DNA of 64,000 nt from contig CM119263.1 of the NCBI GenBank assembly GCA_051294375.1, positions 31,479,476-31,543,475 of the forward strand. The letters run 5' to 3'. Source of the stretch: Paraspadella gotoi (taxonomy: Eukaryota; Animalia; Chaetognatha). Each line of letters begins with the position of its first letter. Within the stretch, counting starts at the first letter, position 1. Below are positions 1 to 14,870 of this stretch, piece by piece. A model generated the notes under the pieces. That model saw only the letters and a program-made list of their open reading frames with translations, did not search any database and was not told where the DNA came from. A program made the translations under genes and the position numbers.

Positions 1-840
1 TTTTGGAAACCAAGATCCATTTGCACCGCATAGCCCCGCCCCGCACTGGGCCAGGACCGCACTGGCCCGGGACCGCACTGATCCAGGACCGCTGGTCTCC
101 GTTCTGTTCTGGGCCTTTCCAAAAAAAAATATCTTCGTTTCTTTGAAAGAAGAAAAAAAATCCATTTACACTTTTTCGTTTCCAAATCTTTCCTGTCAAA
201 ATTTTTTTTTATATATATCAGAGAATTTTATTTATTTTGCTATGTGAAAATATTACCATATTGACCTAAAATGGTAAAACTTTCAAACATTAATTTTGAA
301 GGTCTTAAAAATCTATTTCAACGCTTGTTGAAAGCTTGAAGGAGTTTCGTTTTGATATTTATCTTGTCGTCAGAAAGATCGCGTCCATAAGTCATCACAT
401 CGTACAACTGGATTTTTTTTTTCATTTATTTATTTATTTATTCATTTATTTATTTATTTATTTATTATTTTTATTATTTTTATTTTTATCTGCATATTTA
501 AAATATTACTTTGCTAAATTGAAAGATTATAACTATACAATTTTGAAACAGAAATAAAAAACCTAAATAGCAACTTGTTTTCTATCAGGGAAAAGAGAGA
601 AAATAACTAATATTAATAAAACAAACAAATGAAAGACGAAAAAGATGCCGGGAGAAAAAAACGATTAATGAAAAGTAAAATAAAGGATAAAAGGAAAGAA
701 AAAGGAAAATAAAGGATAAAAAGAAAAGGAAAATAAAGGATAAAAGGAAAAGAAAAAGTGAAGAAAACAAAGGAGAAAAAAAAATGACAAGAAAAATGAA
801 AAAGGAAAGAGAAAGGGAGAGGAGACTAAGGAGAGAAGAG

Positions 841-886
<46 letters not shown>

Positions 887-1238
887 TGAAGAGACAAAGA
901 GAGAAATAGATCGAGAGAGAGAGAGGGAGCGCGCCTTTGTAAGCAATCGGTGATCGTAATGGTCGGCTCCGAATTCACTGCCTTCAGAAACTGTCGACGA
1001 AAGAAAGAGAGAGAGAGGGGGGGGGGGGGAAGAGAGAGAGGAAAAAAATTGCCTTCGAAGCAGAAAATAAAAAAAAGTTTTTTATGAAAGGAAAGAATAA
1101 AAGTGAATGGAAAGAGTTTAACAGGAAAGACTATGAATTGAAAGTAGATGTCATGAAGTTAAACTTTTTTAAAATCATGAACCCTGTTTATAAGTTTTAT
1201 TAATAATAACAGACCTAATATTGATTTAAATCATGTTG

Positions 1239-1445
1239 ACCGTCCATTGCACACAAGATCCCGAACTTTGGATCGGACTGTAGTCCGACACTACAGAATG
1301 GTTAAACGCCCTGACGCGCTGTCTTTCGTGAATCAGCAGGGCGCGAACACGAGTCCTTTGGGTTGGGAGGAGCTCGTGCTACCTCCGGGGCCATAGGTGC
1401 TGCTGATTCTCGGATGAGTAACGGGGTATGAAATACTACCGCTAC
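1239..1445 (-). mobile_element. tRNA(Gly)-related SINE-like repeat, copy B
   Basis: Colinear reverse-complement homolog of 11895-12107. Confidence 0.6.
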
Positions 1446-2344
1446 AGAGTATAGTTTATAAGTTTTAATAAAAAGTAAAGACATATACAGACTGACGAAA
1501 TTTCAAGTTCGCCTAAATATTTGAAAGTGGAAAAAAAGGGGGGAAAAGAAGAAAAAGTAAAAAAAAGTAGAAAAAAGTGGTAAAAAAAGTGTAAAAAGTA
1601 AGAAAAAGTGGGAAAAAGTTGAAAAAAAGGGTAAAAAATCATCTCGTCGTGAAAAGAGATTTATTTTGACGAAAAAGAAATGAAGATGAAATTTAGCGTA
1701 AAATTGGAAATTAAGTTGATGATCGGGTGATTTAGAATATATTTTTCGTAGAGTATTACGGAAAATATTTAAAAAGAAAATAATATTTTAAACTGAAAAT
1801 TATGAACGTTCAGAAAATCCGGTTGTCATATCAAGGCTATTTTGAACTAACTGAAAAAAAAATCGTTTATTTATATAAACTAATTTAAATTCATTATCTT
1901 TTTCGCTTTTCCACTTCAACCGTTGCGACTGAAGCTTTTCTGCGTCCCAGATTTTTTTGCCCTGATTGTTGTAGTTGTAGTCGCTGTCGTCGTCGTCGTT
2001 GTTTAGTATTTGTTGATCAACAAGAGAGAAAAGGCGTCGAGGAAAAACGCCGACGGTGGCGGCGCTCGGCGGAGCAAATCGGAAAAAGGTGTGAGGAGAT
2101 GGAGGAATAAAATTAAAACAAAACACAATCAAGTTAATCTGTAGATCAGCAAATACGTGAATTTAAACGGTATATATATTCATAAAAATCTGGTGAATTA
2201 AATTTATTTTAAGTTTGATTAGAAGTTACAGAGTAGTTTTACTTCCAAACTTAAGGCTGACTGACTGATAGATCGACATGCCGACAAATCAACCGACAGA
2301 TGGACATTCCCGGATTCGGATCAAACGTTCGTCTTTGAATTATA

Positions 2345-2465
2345 GATATCGACTTAGAATCACATTATTGATATCAACTTAGAATCACATTATTGATATC
2401 GACTTAGAATCACATTATTGATATCAATTTAGAATCACATTATTGATATCGACTTAAAATCACAG
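2345..2465. repeat. 25-bp minisatellite (GATATCGACTTAGAATCACATTATT), about 5 copies
   Basis: Units start at 2345, 2370, 2395, 2420, 2445. Confidence 0.9.
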
Positions 2466-3920
2466 TTTTGGTGATAAAAAAAAAAGAATTCCGTGAAAAA
2501 TAGAATGAGTGAAAGAGAAAATCTGTGAGGAGTGAATCTGAGAGAGAGTGAATTTGGAAGAAAGGAAGTCTTGCCAAGATTTCACAGGCGGATGACGGAT
2601 GTTTGTGATTCTTGGAAGGTCTCACCGGGTGAATGATTGACGCGTGAAGCGGTGAAAGTGATGCGTTGGCAGTGAAGTTGACTGGAAGGTCATTGTGATA
2701 TACCAAGGCGCGTGTGAACACGAGGTTTCGATTCCCCTTTTCGATACTGATATTTAAATACAGCTTAGTCTCGTCGCTAAATGTAGAGATTATATTTAAT
2801 AAATTTAATTAATAATTAATTACATTTAATTTAATAATATGATTAGCTTTTACCATGATGAAAAAAAAAATTTCGCGGTTCGAAAAGTCGGTTAATTTCA
2901 TTGTCAAATATATTTTTTGGCCATTAAATAGGTTTTAATATGACCCCCCCTAGGACTGAATAAAAATATTATTTCTCAACAGCATAAAATTATTTATTGC
3001 ATACAATTACTTCCAAAAGAAGTTGTCTCTAACTGATTTCACCTTTTTTTGACTAAGAGGAAGACTCATATTATTATTAATATTATATCTCACATAATAT
3101 TTTTTATCAGATTTTGGGCAAAAAATGGTCTTTGGCAAGCAGTGAAAAAGATTGATTCCCTATAAAGTAAACCAGGCTTGAGTTGTTGCTGCATAATGTG
3201 ATGATGCATTGTCTTTCCCTTCAACAAAATCTTAGATTTTTCTTTTTTTTGGACTTGTTTGATACTTCGTTCTGATAATACATCCAGAGGTAAATAAAAA
3301 TGATAACTTTGCTCACAGAAAGGTTACCCGGAGCCTTATCGATACTTTTAAATATAAAATAAATATTCTGGAGCATCTACAGCATCAATGTATTCTTAAT
3401 ATCACTCTTTTTTTTACATATGAATTAAGATTCATATCTGAATCTATCCTAATGGAGATGATGCAATAACCATTTGACAAGAGACGAAGAAAAGGCAGGG
3501 ATTTTTCATAGTAACGGTTTAACTTAAAAAGTAATAAAAAAGAACCGGAAATTATTATAAATGAAAAGTATAGATATGAAAAAGATAAAAAAGAAGGAAG
3601 CATTTTTTTGGACAACTCATTTTCTTTTGCATGGAACTCTTGTATTTTTTTGGGTACATAAATAAGATACAGCTCATATGAATCACATATCTTTATATTT
3701 AAATTTTATTTTTCGATTCTTACATTAAAATGCCGAAAAATAGCTGGAAAGTAACCGCGTCAATTTTTTTTCCATCATGGTAAATTTAACTCCCTGATGT
3801 TTTTTTTTTTTTTTTAATTTTTGCCCCAAAATTCCTAACAGTGCGAACTTTAAGACATATTGTGTCTAGCTATTATGTTTGCATTCGCGATCATTGGCTT
3901 CAGTAGCTTTGAAAAAGTGA

Positions 3921-3964
<44 letters not shown>

Positions 3965-6906
3965 GAGAGACCTAATTGTAAATTCCTGAGCAAAAAAAAA
4001 AAGGATCAGGCGCCTGATTGTTTTGAAGTCAATGCCATAGCAACAACAATAACAACAACAACAACAACCATCTTTTTCTCTTTTTTCGATTCCTCTTCGG
4101 CTTTCGTGAGCCAAAAGTCTAACAGTCGGCTCTTTTTTGTTTATTTGTTTCTTCCTGTCTTGCTTTTTCTGCTTTTTTTCCCATTACGTTCTTTTCCAGT
4201 TCTACTTTCTGCTCATTTCTTTTTTGTTCGTTACTTTTCTTTTTCTCTATTTTTTTCCTTTAATAATTCGGCTCTCTTTTCCAAAACCCCCTCATTTCTG
4301 TTCCTTAATCCCCGAACGAAGTTTTAACCTTAAATTTAATCTTAATCTATTTCAAAATTTTTAAAATTTTCTTTTCTCCTTGTCTAATTCACTTCTCTCT
4401 TTTTTTAAATTTCACAAATAATTAAATGTCAACATTAATTAAATCAATTCATTATTTTCTTTTCTTTCTTATCCAGTTAACTAGTAAAAAGTGAAAACAC
4501 GTGATCAATGAAATGGCAGAAACTGAACTTGAGATTTACAATTTGTTCAGATCACCCTGTACCGCTCTTTAACCAGGCCATTAACTCTATGATCTATCCT
4601 CGAGTCTCCTTAAAAAACCCTGTGCCATTGAGGAGAGCAAGAGACGGTCTTTCTTCTTGCACGAATGACCGCAATGAAAAGTTGTTTGTTTGACCGCATA
4701 ACATCTTTCCCCCCCCCGTTTCACGTGAGAGGTAATGTGATTTACAGACTACAGAGATCGAGAAACTAGTGAGAAACGCAAACCTCAACATCTAACAATA
4801 GATATTCCAAATACGTTGTATTATTATAGCATGTTAAAATTGTTAACATAATCACACAAAGGATTTTGTTCTGCATCAGTCTTCACATCAATATTACTTG
4901 TTAATGTTTATTAACTGATTAATAATGTTTATTAATTGATTGTTATTGTTATTGCATTGTTGAGACATATAGGTATTCTAATTGCTTCCTGGCCAAAGCA
5001 GTGAATATCTATATGCTTTGATTATTTTATTAAGGTCTATTTTATAACTTAACAAATAAACATTTTTGTTCTTGGAAACATTTTATTATTTGAACGAACT
5101 AGTTCAAACTTGAGATTGAAACGAACCTGGCCATGAGCACCCGTTCGCCACAAATCTTCCTTCGCTATAATGCGATTTGAACGAGATACCTCGGGGTTTG
5201 ATTCTCGCAGTATTGCTATGTATCTCTCATGCGATCCAATGCCCCAGTACAGCTATCTTTTAGGACTACAGTGTCCTGTCCTGAAAACCTATGCCACTGC
5301 CCTTCACTGCAATCTTGTGCTATACCGGTATTGCCATCTTCAATGGTGCTCCAAGTTATTAGGCTTGGCTTGATCACTTCATACCCCAGTAGCGCATTGG
5401 CTCAGTATCGCTAAAGTATGATGCTCTAATACCCTTAATGCCTTATTATCTTTAATGTCTCAGTACTACGATGCCCCGGACTCCCGGTTTACGGCCTTAT
5501 TCACGTTTCCCGCAGGTTAGGTACCTGGTTGGGATTGAACTCGGTACCAGAGGGTACTTGTGCTCATGAGCTCGTTACTCAATGATCCGCCGGGTCACAA
5601 CTGATGGTGTCATGCTTATAGGCGGGGTGAACTTAGGCGATGCCCGACTACAGATGCTCTCTTGCGTAAATCCTTTAAAGCCTTATAATCGTTAAAGCGA
5701 AATGCTCTAATGCTCCAGTACCGCGATGCCCCAGTATCGCGACGGCTTGATGCTCTAATGGTCCAGTACCACGATGCCCCAGTATCGCGACGGCTTGATG
5801 CTCTAATGCCCCATTCTCTCAATGCCCCAGATACACGAGTCTAAACGAAGCGAATCCGAAGGGAAAAACAAGGAGGAGGAGGAGGAAGAGGAGGAGTTAA
5901 ACTACGACAAATAAGTGAAAACTAGGACGACGACGACGACGACGACGACGACGACTGCAACGACATCTTTTAAGCCGAGGATGACGACGACGACGACGAC
6001 GACGACGATAAGGATGACGACGACGACGACTTTTATGGTTTTGTCAACAGGAAAAAACCAGAGAGATTTTCGCTTCGGGAGGAAGAGAAAAAAAATATGT
6101 ATCTCATTTTTATTTATCTCTTTTTTTCTCCTCCCCCCCCTCTCTCTCTCCCTTTCTTACTCTCTCTCTTTCTCCCTCTCTCTTTCTTTCTCCCTTTCAC
6201 TCTCTCTCCCTTTCTCCCTCTCTCTCTCCACCCTCTCTCTCTCTCTCTCTCTCTCCCTCTCTCACCCTTTCTCCCTCTCTCTCTCGCTCTCACCCTCCCT
6301 CTCTCTCCCTCTCTCACCCCTTCTCTCCCTCCCTTTCTCTCGCCTCGAGACGAGATAAATCGCCGCTTATTTTATTTCGTTTCCCCGATGATATTTCTTC
6401 TGGCGATTTTTCTTTTTATTTCTTTCTCTCCTTCTTATTTCTTCTTATTTACTTATTTTTTCTTTCTTTTTCTCTTTCTCTTACAAAATCTCATTCATTT
6501 CCATAGCTTTTTGTGGTTAATATTCCAAACCAATTTACATAATACAAACTTATATAAATAATTATGTATACAAACACATATCGTTTCTCTTTTCAAATCA
6601 TCACATCAAAACGATCAACAATCAGCATCCAGTCTTGCAATCTCTTTTATGGCCGCAGTGAACTTCAAGTGAGCCAGAAAAAAGGTCAGTGAATTTGGCG
6701 GGAAAACTCACCCGATGGAAGTTGGAAGCAAAGTCTCTTTACGTGAGAAATCACAACTGCGCCTCATAAGTCGGTGGCTCTGCATTTGCAAGCAGTGGCA
6801 CCGCCTGCTTGCGCCTGCTGGCACCGGAAAAATGTGGAGAGAATTTGGACCTGGTACATTAGGCAATTATTTTGTCTCTGTGCTTGCTTGCTTGCTTGCT
6901 TGCTTG

Positions 6907-6977
<71 letters not shown>

Positions 6978-8143
6978 TTCTCAATTTTTAAAAAAAGAAA
7001 TAACTGCTCCTTCTCATTCTCTAAATTACTGTTTTTTTTCTTTTTCTTTTTCTCTCTTTTTCTGTTTTCCTTCTATTTTTCTTTCCTCTTTTCTTTTTCT
7101 CTAATATTTTTTCTTTTTTTCCCTTTTTTTTCTTCTCTTTTATTTAGTATTGCCTCATGTCCACCCTTTCTTCTCTTTCCTCTCTTCTTCTCTTTCCTCT
7201 CTTCTTCTCTTTTCTCTCTAGTCTCTTTTTCTCTTTCCTCTCTTCAAGAGAGGTCAGTCCAGACAAGTTGGCAGCGTTATTCTGTTTTCTGGGAAATGGG
7301 AGCGCTCTCTCTCTCTCTCNNNNNNNNNNTCTCTCTCTCTCCATTTCCATTTATTCCGCGCTAAGGAATTAACGACATTCCACAAAAATTTCCATATTTG
7401 CTCTCGATGGAATAAAAAAGCGAAAAAAAAGCAGCTAAAATTAAATGTCGAGAAAATTCGGTTGGAGTAGAAAAGAAAGAAAATAAAGAAATAGTTTTTT
7501 CTTTTAAGAATAAACTATCCCGCTCCTGACTTTGTACAAGCTATAGTTCGTTAAAGCCTTCATGCTTAAAATTGCTTATTAAAAGATAATTGAGATAAAA
7601 AAGTTAATTGTGATATGTTTTGGTTATTTTTACTAGAATAGTTTTTGGTAGTTTTTACTTTACTTTGGCTACAATTTGATATCAAGACATTTTATAATGT
7701 ATTGTACTTTATGAAATTGGTACAACCAATATGAAAATTATCCATTCATTTAATATTTAAGCTATCTGTAATGTTAAACATAGTCCTCTCTAGATACTAT
7801 TACTAATTCTATAAACATCTCATATACCAAAATATTTGATAATATAAAAAGAAAAAGGAAAAATGGAAAGAAATAAAAGCGTATGTTGAGATAAAAAGAG
7901 AGATGGAACGAGAGAGAGAGAGTGAGAGAAAAATAGCGAGAGAGAGTTGATGTAACTGAACAAATAGCCGAACCAAAACAGGATTTTTATCACGAGTTTT
8001 TAGTTGAGAAAAAAAGAGTCAACATAGAAAGAGGGGAAGGGAAAGAAAGTAAAAGAAAAGTAAGGGAGAAAAAATAAAAGAAAGGAAAAAAAGAGAAAAA
8101 AATGAAATGGAAAAGAAAAAAAAAATGGAAAAGAAAAGAAAAG

Positions 8144-8174
<31 letters not shown>

Positions 8175-8525
8175 AATAAAGGGAAAAGAAAGGAAAAAAG
8201 AAAAGAAAAGAAAAGAAAAGAAAGAGAAAGAAAAAGAAAAGAGGAAGTGAGAAAGAAAGGAAAAGAAAAGAAAAGAAGGGAAAAGAAGAAAAGGGAAAAG
8301 AAAAAAGAAAAGAAAAGAAAGGGAAAAGAAAAAAAGAAAGAAAAGAAAGGGAAAAGTAAAGAAAAAGGGGAAAAAATAAAAGAAAAAAGAAGAAAAAAGA
8401 AGAAAGAAAAGAAAAGAAAGGCAAAGCACAAGCAAAGAAAAAAAAAAGAAAAGGCAGCTTTGTCCTTTTTTTTGTGGGAAATTGGTGAATGAGTAAAAAA
8501 AGAAGAACGGAGAGAGAGAGAGAAG

Positions 8526-8562
<37 letters not shown>

Positions 8563-9368
8563 GAGAGAAGAAGAGATAGGAAGAAAGAGAGAGAGAAGAA
8601 GAGAGAAGAGACGAGAGAGAAAGAGAGCACAAAGTAGAGAAGAGAGAGAGATTGTTGTCGTCACAATCTTTGTGAATACAAAGAGTTGAAGATTAGCGGG
8701 GGATTTCTAGTGTGAGAAAGTGTGAGAAAGTGTGAGAGTCAAAAATTGAGTGTGGGTGTGAGAGTCAAGTTTAAGCGAAACTGATTTGCAATTTGTGAGG
8801 CAGTGAGAGTGAGAGACTGGAAGAAGTAGGGTCCAGACAAAGAGAGAGAGAAAGATAAGGAGAGAGAGAGAAAGGGCCTGACAGTGAATGAGAGAATTAC
8901 AAGAAGAGAAAGAGAGAAACCCGAGGAAGAGTAAATCTCATCACAAATTATTATTAATTCATTAAATGTTAAATAAACATGGCACTGCCAATATAATAAT
9001 TCAATAAAAAAGCTTTCTGAGTTTGACAGGCTTTGCTGGATTGAGGTCTTACTGTAACTGTAACATGAAGTAAAAGGATATTTATTTTATTTATTTTTTA
9101 AGTGATACATGTATAATTGTATAATGTATATGTATAATAATAATAATATTGTATAATAATATGTATATTCATTAAGCTTTTTAACTTTTAGTTCCCATCC
9201 AATAGCCTCAGTTTTTCAATCCCAATGAGAAACAAATCAGAGAAAATCTCAAATTGAGGCGAAAGAAAAAAAGAAAAGAAAAGAAAAGAAAAGAAAAGAA
9301 AAGTCAAGGACAAAATGGAAAGAAGAAAGTAAAGAGAAAAAGAAGCTTACCAGTTACCAAACCTAGAA

Positions 9369-9420
<52 letters not shown>

Positions 9421-9450
9421 CAAGAATCCTTCAAGGTTACGTCTCGGGAA

Positions 9451-9497
<47 letters not shown>

Positions 9498-9636
9498 TTC
9501 TCTCTCTCGTCTCGAGAATTTCTCTTCTTTACGCCCCAAATCACATTGTCACGACAATGATATGATACTTGAAAGGTGGTAAAAGACGACGACGAAGACA
9601 ACTACTTGACTGTAACCAGACTCTTTACGACTCTTT

Positions 9637-10287
9637 TCGGCCGGATCTGCTTAAAGCAGATTCCGACTCTATAATTCACTTTATCGGTCCGTCGGTCCGC
9701 CCCCCCAATCTTGTCGGGCATTCACTTATATCATGTCAGAACATCGAATTATGATAAATTATGCAAAAAAAATGATGTCCGTCTGTCCGTTTGTCTGACC
9801 CTCCGTCTGTCTGTCCGTCCGTCCGTCCCACCTAAGCATAAAACACCAATTACTCGGGATTTGATGGATGGATTGGAATGAAATTTTGTGTGTGGGCAGG
9901 AAAGTGTGTGATTGAGCTGGAAATCAAGTTTCGATGGAATCGTCCAAGTGGAAATGAGTTAAAATGGAAAAAACAAACAATCTATTTCACTATTTGATTA
10001 TGCTTTTTTATTTTTATATTAAATGTAAATTCAAGCTGAATTAATTAATTATTAATAAATAAGTAATTAATTAATCTTTAATTATATGTAATTAATTAAT
10101 TAATTTTGTGATCGAGATTGATGTTTTGTGATTGAGACTCTCAATGAGAGGCGAGACACAGTGGAAAACGATTTTGACACGAATAAAAAATATTAATATT
10201 AAAACTTGATAATTAATTAATTATCTGAGCAGCTGCTTACCGCTAATGATCGTGGGCAGTTCCGGCATTGTTTGTTCAAACTTGTTT
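9637..10287 (+). mobile_element. Helentron-type non-autonomous element (HINE/DINE-1-like), copy 1
   Basis: 5' inverted repeat CGGATCTGC-ttaaa-GCAGATTCCG, (GTCY)n microsatellite, 3' subTIR GCAGTTCCGGC, terminal CTTGTTT. Confidence 0.7.
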
Positions 10288-10359
10288 CTCTCTCTTTCTC
10301 TTTCTTACTGTCTCTCTATTTCTTTCTTCCTCTCTCTCTCCCTTTCTCTCTCTCTCTCT

Positions 10360-10391
<32 letters not shown>

Positions 10392-11607
10392 AATCTTCAT
10401 TTTAAATTCTCATCATCATATTTACTTCACCCTCAGACTTCATTCTAATCCCTTCTCGCTTTTTCTTTTGTTAAACGAATTCCCTCCTGATTTGTTATCC
10501 TTTTTATCCTAAGAACCATTTAGTCTTAAGTTATATGTAAATGTCAATGTAATATGTAATATCTTCTTAAGCTGTCTTCTTTATGTCGTTTCTCTTTTGA
10601 TGTCCTTATTTTTTTTTCTCTTTTTTTTTTCCTTCTTTTTTTCCTCTTTCCTTTTTTACAACTTTTCTTTTATTTTTCTTTTAAATTTTTTCCTTTTTCT
10701 TTTCCTCTTCTTTATTTTATTTTCTCTTTATTTCTTTCCTATTCTTTCTNNNNNNNNNNTTCTTTCCTCCTTTCTCGTTTTCTTCTCTCATCCTCTCTCA
10801 TTTTAACATCTCCACCTTTCTCCTCTTCTCCTCTGCTTCTTTCCTTTCTCTCCTTTCTTCCCCTCCTCCCTCTTTTTCTTTTCTCCCTCCCTCCTTTCTT
10901 CCCGTCTCCCTCATTTCCTCCTTTCCTTTCCTCCCTTCTTTCCTATCTCCCTTCCTCTCTTCTTTCCTCCCTTCTCCCTTCTTTCCTCCCTCTTTTCCTC
11001 CCTTCCTCCTTTTCTCCCTACCTTTCTCCCTCACTTCTCTACTGGACCCAAAGCGACAAATTTCTTTTTAAACTTTTTTCTCAAGAGATTTTTTTTTGGG
11101 TTCGAGAATCAAATTATATCAACAACAACAAAAACAACAACAACTAGAAAAAACAAAAGAGGAAAAACAAAAACGTCGATACGAAAGGGACGAACGTAAA
11201 AAGAGAGAAACATCGACGACAACAAAAACAACGACTCGGTAAACCAAAACAACAACTAAAACAAAATCAGTAAACGATAGACAACGACAACAACAACGAC
11301 ATCTTCGCCTTTTCTACTTTGACTGGAGACTGGAGTCAAAATAAAACGACGACGATGACGACGACGAAGATGATTATGACGACGACGATGACGACGACGA
11401 CGATCCTGCGCAACAAAAAAAGCAAACGAAAGAAAAGAAGTCGAGAAAATTTAGTTTGAGTCGAGAAGAAAGACTTTGTATCGCAATTGGAAAACCTCGG
11501 GTTCCAGTCCCGTCTCTTTTTTCACTCTGCTTTTTGCTCACTCTGTCTCTCTCTCTCTTTCCCCTTTTCCATTTTCTTCTCACTTTTCTTCTCCGGCTCC
11601 CCCTCCT

Positions 11608-11644
<37 letters not shown>

Positions 11645-11761
11645 GCTCTCTCCTCTCTCCCTCTCTCCTCTCCTCTGGCCCTAGGGCGCATTGGCCGCAG
11701 CCCAAAGCCTTAATGACCACCAACGTGTGAACTGGCGGCCGTCGAAGTGGCGAGAGGAGAG

Positions 11762-11812
<51 letters not shown>

Positions 11813-11894
11813 AGATATAAAGTATGAATAGACAAAGGAGCAGAAGAAGGAAATAGACAAGTTCGATAAAGGAAAAGAAAAGAAAAAAGATGAT

Positions 11895-12107
11895 GTACGC
11901 GGTAGTATTTCATACCCCGTTACTCGTCCGAGAATCAGCAGCACGTCTATGGCGCCGGAGGTAGCACGAGCTCCTCCCAACCTAAAGGACTCGGGTTCGC
12001 GCCCTGCTGGTTAACACAATTAAAAAGCGGGACGGGGCATCTAACCCACCTGTAGTGACGGACTACAGCCCGATCCAAAGTTCGGGACCTTGTGTGCAAC
12101 GGACGGT
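11895..12107 (+). mobile_element. tRNA(Gly)-related SINE-like repeat, copy A
   Basis: A-box-like TGGCGCCGGAGG (11950), CT-CCC-AA anticodon-like loop, B-box-like GGTTCGCGCCC (11994). Homologous to 1239-1445. Confidence 0.6.
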
Positions 12108-13178
12108 AAACTGCTCGCGGCATCGTCTTCCACAATGACAAAATAGAAAAGGTCGACAAAAGATAGATATATACATATATATATATATATTCATATTCAT
12201 ATATAATTCATAAAACAATTCTTTAATAAGGAAGCCAGATACTCCTGGAGTGAATAAACAAAACTGTGAGAAAAGCTTGATAAAAAGCTTGCAGATTCCT
12301 GCTAAGTTATGATTTTAAGTCTTCACCTTCCACAGCCAGTCAAAAGACAGTTGCAGGATAAATTATTTATTAAATTAATTTAATGGGTAACTTTATATTG
12401 GTATTGATTTCCTATTTGCGTCGTCAGTGTTTAAAATATTTGTCTTTGTAAATTATTTCCTTTTAAAAAAGAATCACATTAATTTTCACGGAATTCGTGA
12501 TACAAAGAATTTCTCCGCGAACAAATTTGACTTCAACTAAGAATAAAAAATGAATTATGTTCTTCTGTGATTTTTCACTCGAGACTCGAATTTCACATAA
12601 ATTCGAATTTTTAGTGGAGTCAAAGCCGACGCGGAACTCAGTCGAGACTGACAAAGAAATGACTAAATGCCGACAAAGTCACAATTAAATGCCGACGCAT
12701 AATAATGCCTATAGTACCGACTAAGTGTAATATTGACTAAAAGTCGACGCAGAATGGACTTTTTAAAGCCGACAAAGACCCAACTTGTAATGACAATTAG
12801 TCGCAGATTGTCGGCCTATGACGATGACGACGATGATGACGACGACAACGACTTCACTGACTCGAACTCCGCCTACGCAGCCATACCAGGGTGATTGCCT
12901 CTCTCTCTCTCTCCCTCTCTCTCTCTCCGTCTCAGCTGGGGAAGAGTTAGGACGATAAAGCGACTAAGAAGAAAGGAAAAGGGAGGAAAAATGGAAGATA
13001 TGAAGAGAAGAGAAAATAGTAAATGAAGAAGGGAGGAAAAAGAGAGAAAAAAGAGTAAAAATTGGTGTTACAAGTAGGCGTTTGGCTCATAAGGGCAGAG
13101 TTACCACCTTTATTTATTCAGAGGCCTAACAATATTTTTTTTTGAAACCCACGTCTTACTGCCTAAAAATACATCTTT

Positions 13179-13299
<121 letters not shown>

Positions 13300-14173
13300 C
13301 AACTTGCTTTTAACCTCGTCAGCCGCTCTGCTAACAAAGTTTAATAAAAACATTTCGACCCATTTTTTAAAGTTTTTATGGAATTTTTTATATTCATGAA
13401 AATCTCTATTCGCTCACTATCTCTCTCTCTCTCTCTCTCTCTTTTTCTCTCTCTCAATATTTCGCCAAATATTATTGCTGAACATTTATTATCTTTTCTT
13501 GATTTTTGTGGTTTTTTATTGTTAAGGTCGCCTTTGAGGGTTTTTGCGTCGAGAGAGAGAAAAGAGAAGAAAAGAGAAAAAGAAAAGAAAAAGAGAAGGA
13601 CTCAGAGAGGAGGTAGTGAACAGAAGAGAAGAGAAAGAAAAGAGAAGAGAAAAGAAAGGAGAAGAAATAAGAAAAGAATTAAAAACTCAAAAATTCGGAA
13701 CTAATTTCGTCATCAAATTTAAATTTTAAATTCGAATCAAAACGAAAGAAAAACTAAATAAAAACTAAATTTAGAAAAAATACAAATTTACCCTCAACAC
13801 CAAAAAAATGACATTAAAAAATCCGTTAAACTTCAAAAATACCAAAGAAATAACTAATAAATTAAGACCTCGTTTTATATGGAAACTGAAAAAGACAGAA
13901 ACATTAATTTTATTCTCTGTTCTTACGAAGAAATTTAAATAAAAAAAGAACAATAATAACAAACGATTTTTTTACGAGGATCAAAATCACCCTGCCTTTG
14001 ACTCCCTTGTGACGCAAAGAGAGGAAAAATAGAAAAGTAAAAAAAGAAAATTAAAAAAAGAAAAGAAAAAGAAAAGAAGAAAAATAATCGGGAGAGAAAA
14101 TTAATTTAGTCTCGACTTTCGAATCATCATCGTCATCATCATCGTGTGATTTAAATGCGTCAGGCTCATAAAA

Positions 14174-14218
<45 letters not shown>

Positions 14219-14270
14219 TTCCAATCTCATCCCTAGGATAAAGCAACGTGGAAAAAACCCATCGAGAGCC

Positions 14271-14301
<31 letters not shown>

Positions 14302-14776
14302 GTCCCTGTGGAAACAAAGAATAAATCGCGACGACTGAAATCGAGTGTCACCGAAGAGACAAGGCGACGACGACGATAATGACGACGATGAAGACGACGA
14401 CGACGACGACGACGACTACGACAGCATAAAGGAAGACAGCACCGTCTCATGTTGACCTTGACGCACGACAGAACAAGGTTACACTAACCTGTCCCACTAC
14501 ACCATCTCCCAAAGCGAATCCATCATTAAACCGCTGCCGTCTTCACAAACTACTCTGCCATCTTCACAAACGGCATTGGCAGTATTGCCATCTCCGTAGA
14601 ACCGGGTTGTAATCTCTCAAAGGAATTTTCTTCTCAACCAACTTAAACTTCGTCGTCGTTATCGTCGTCTTTATCGTCGTCGTCGTCGTCGTCTTCGCCG
14701 GTGACGTCATTTTAAGAACTAATTTTTGACGCCGACGATATTTCCGGTCTGGACCCATTTCCGGCATCCGCCCATT

Positions 14777-14870
<94 letters not shown>

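Noticed and set aside
1239-1445. Possible ribozyme, group I intron or U1 snRNA (AATCAGCAGG, TCCATTGCAC motifs)
   Set aside because: Motifs are in the wrong order and not kept in the second copy; no hammerhead CUGAUGA/GAAA core. A tRNA-like origin on the opposite strand explains it better.
6715-6860. F-box-like CKQWHRLL..MWR peptide next to an E2F-like TTTGGCGGGAAAA
   Set aside because: Lacks the N-terminal LPxE..IF F-box motif, has an in-frame stop at 6670, and has no partner exons.
11945-12010. Functional tRNA-Gly(CCC) gene
   Set aside because: The anticodon stem does not pair and the T-loop is non-canonical; embedded in a dispersed repeat.
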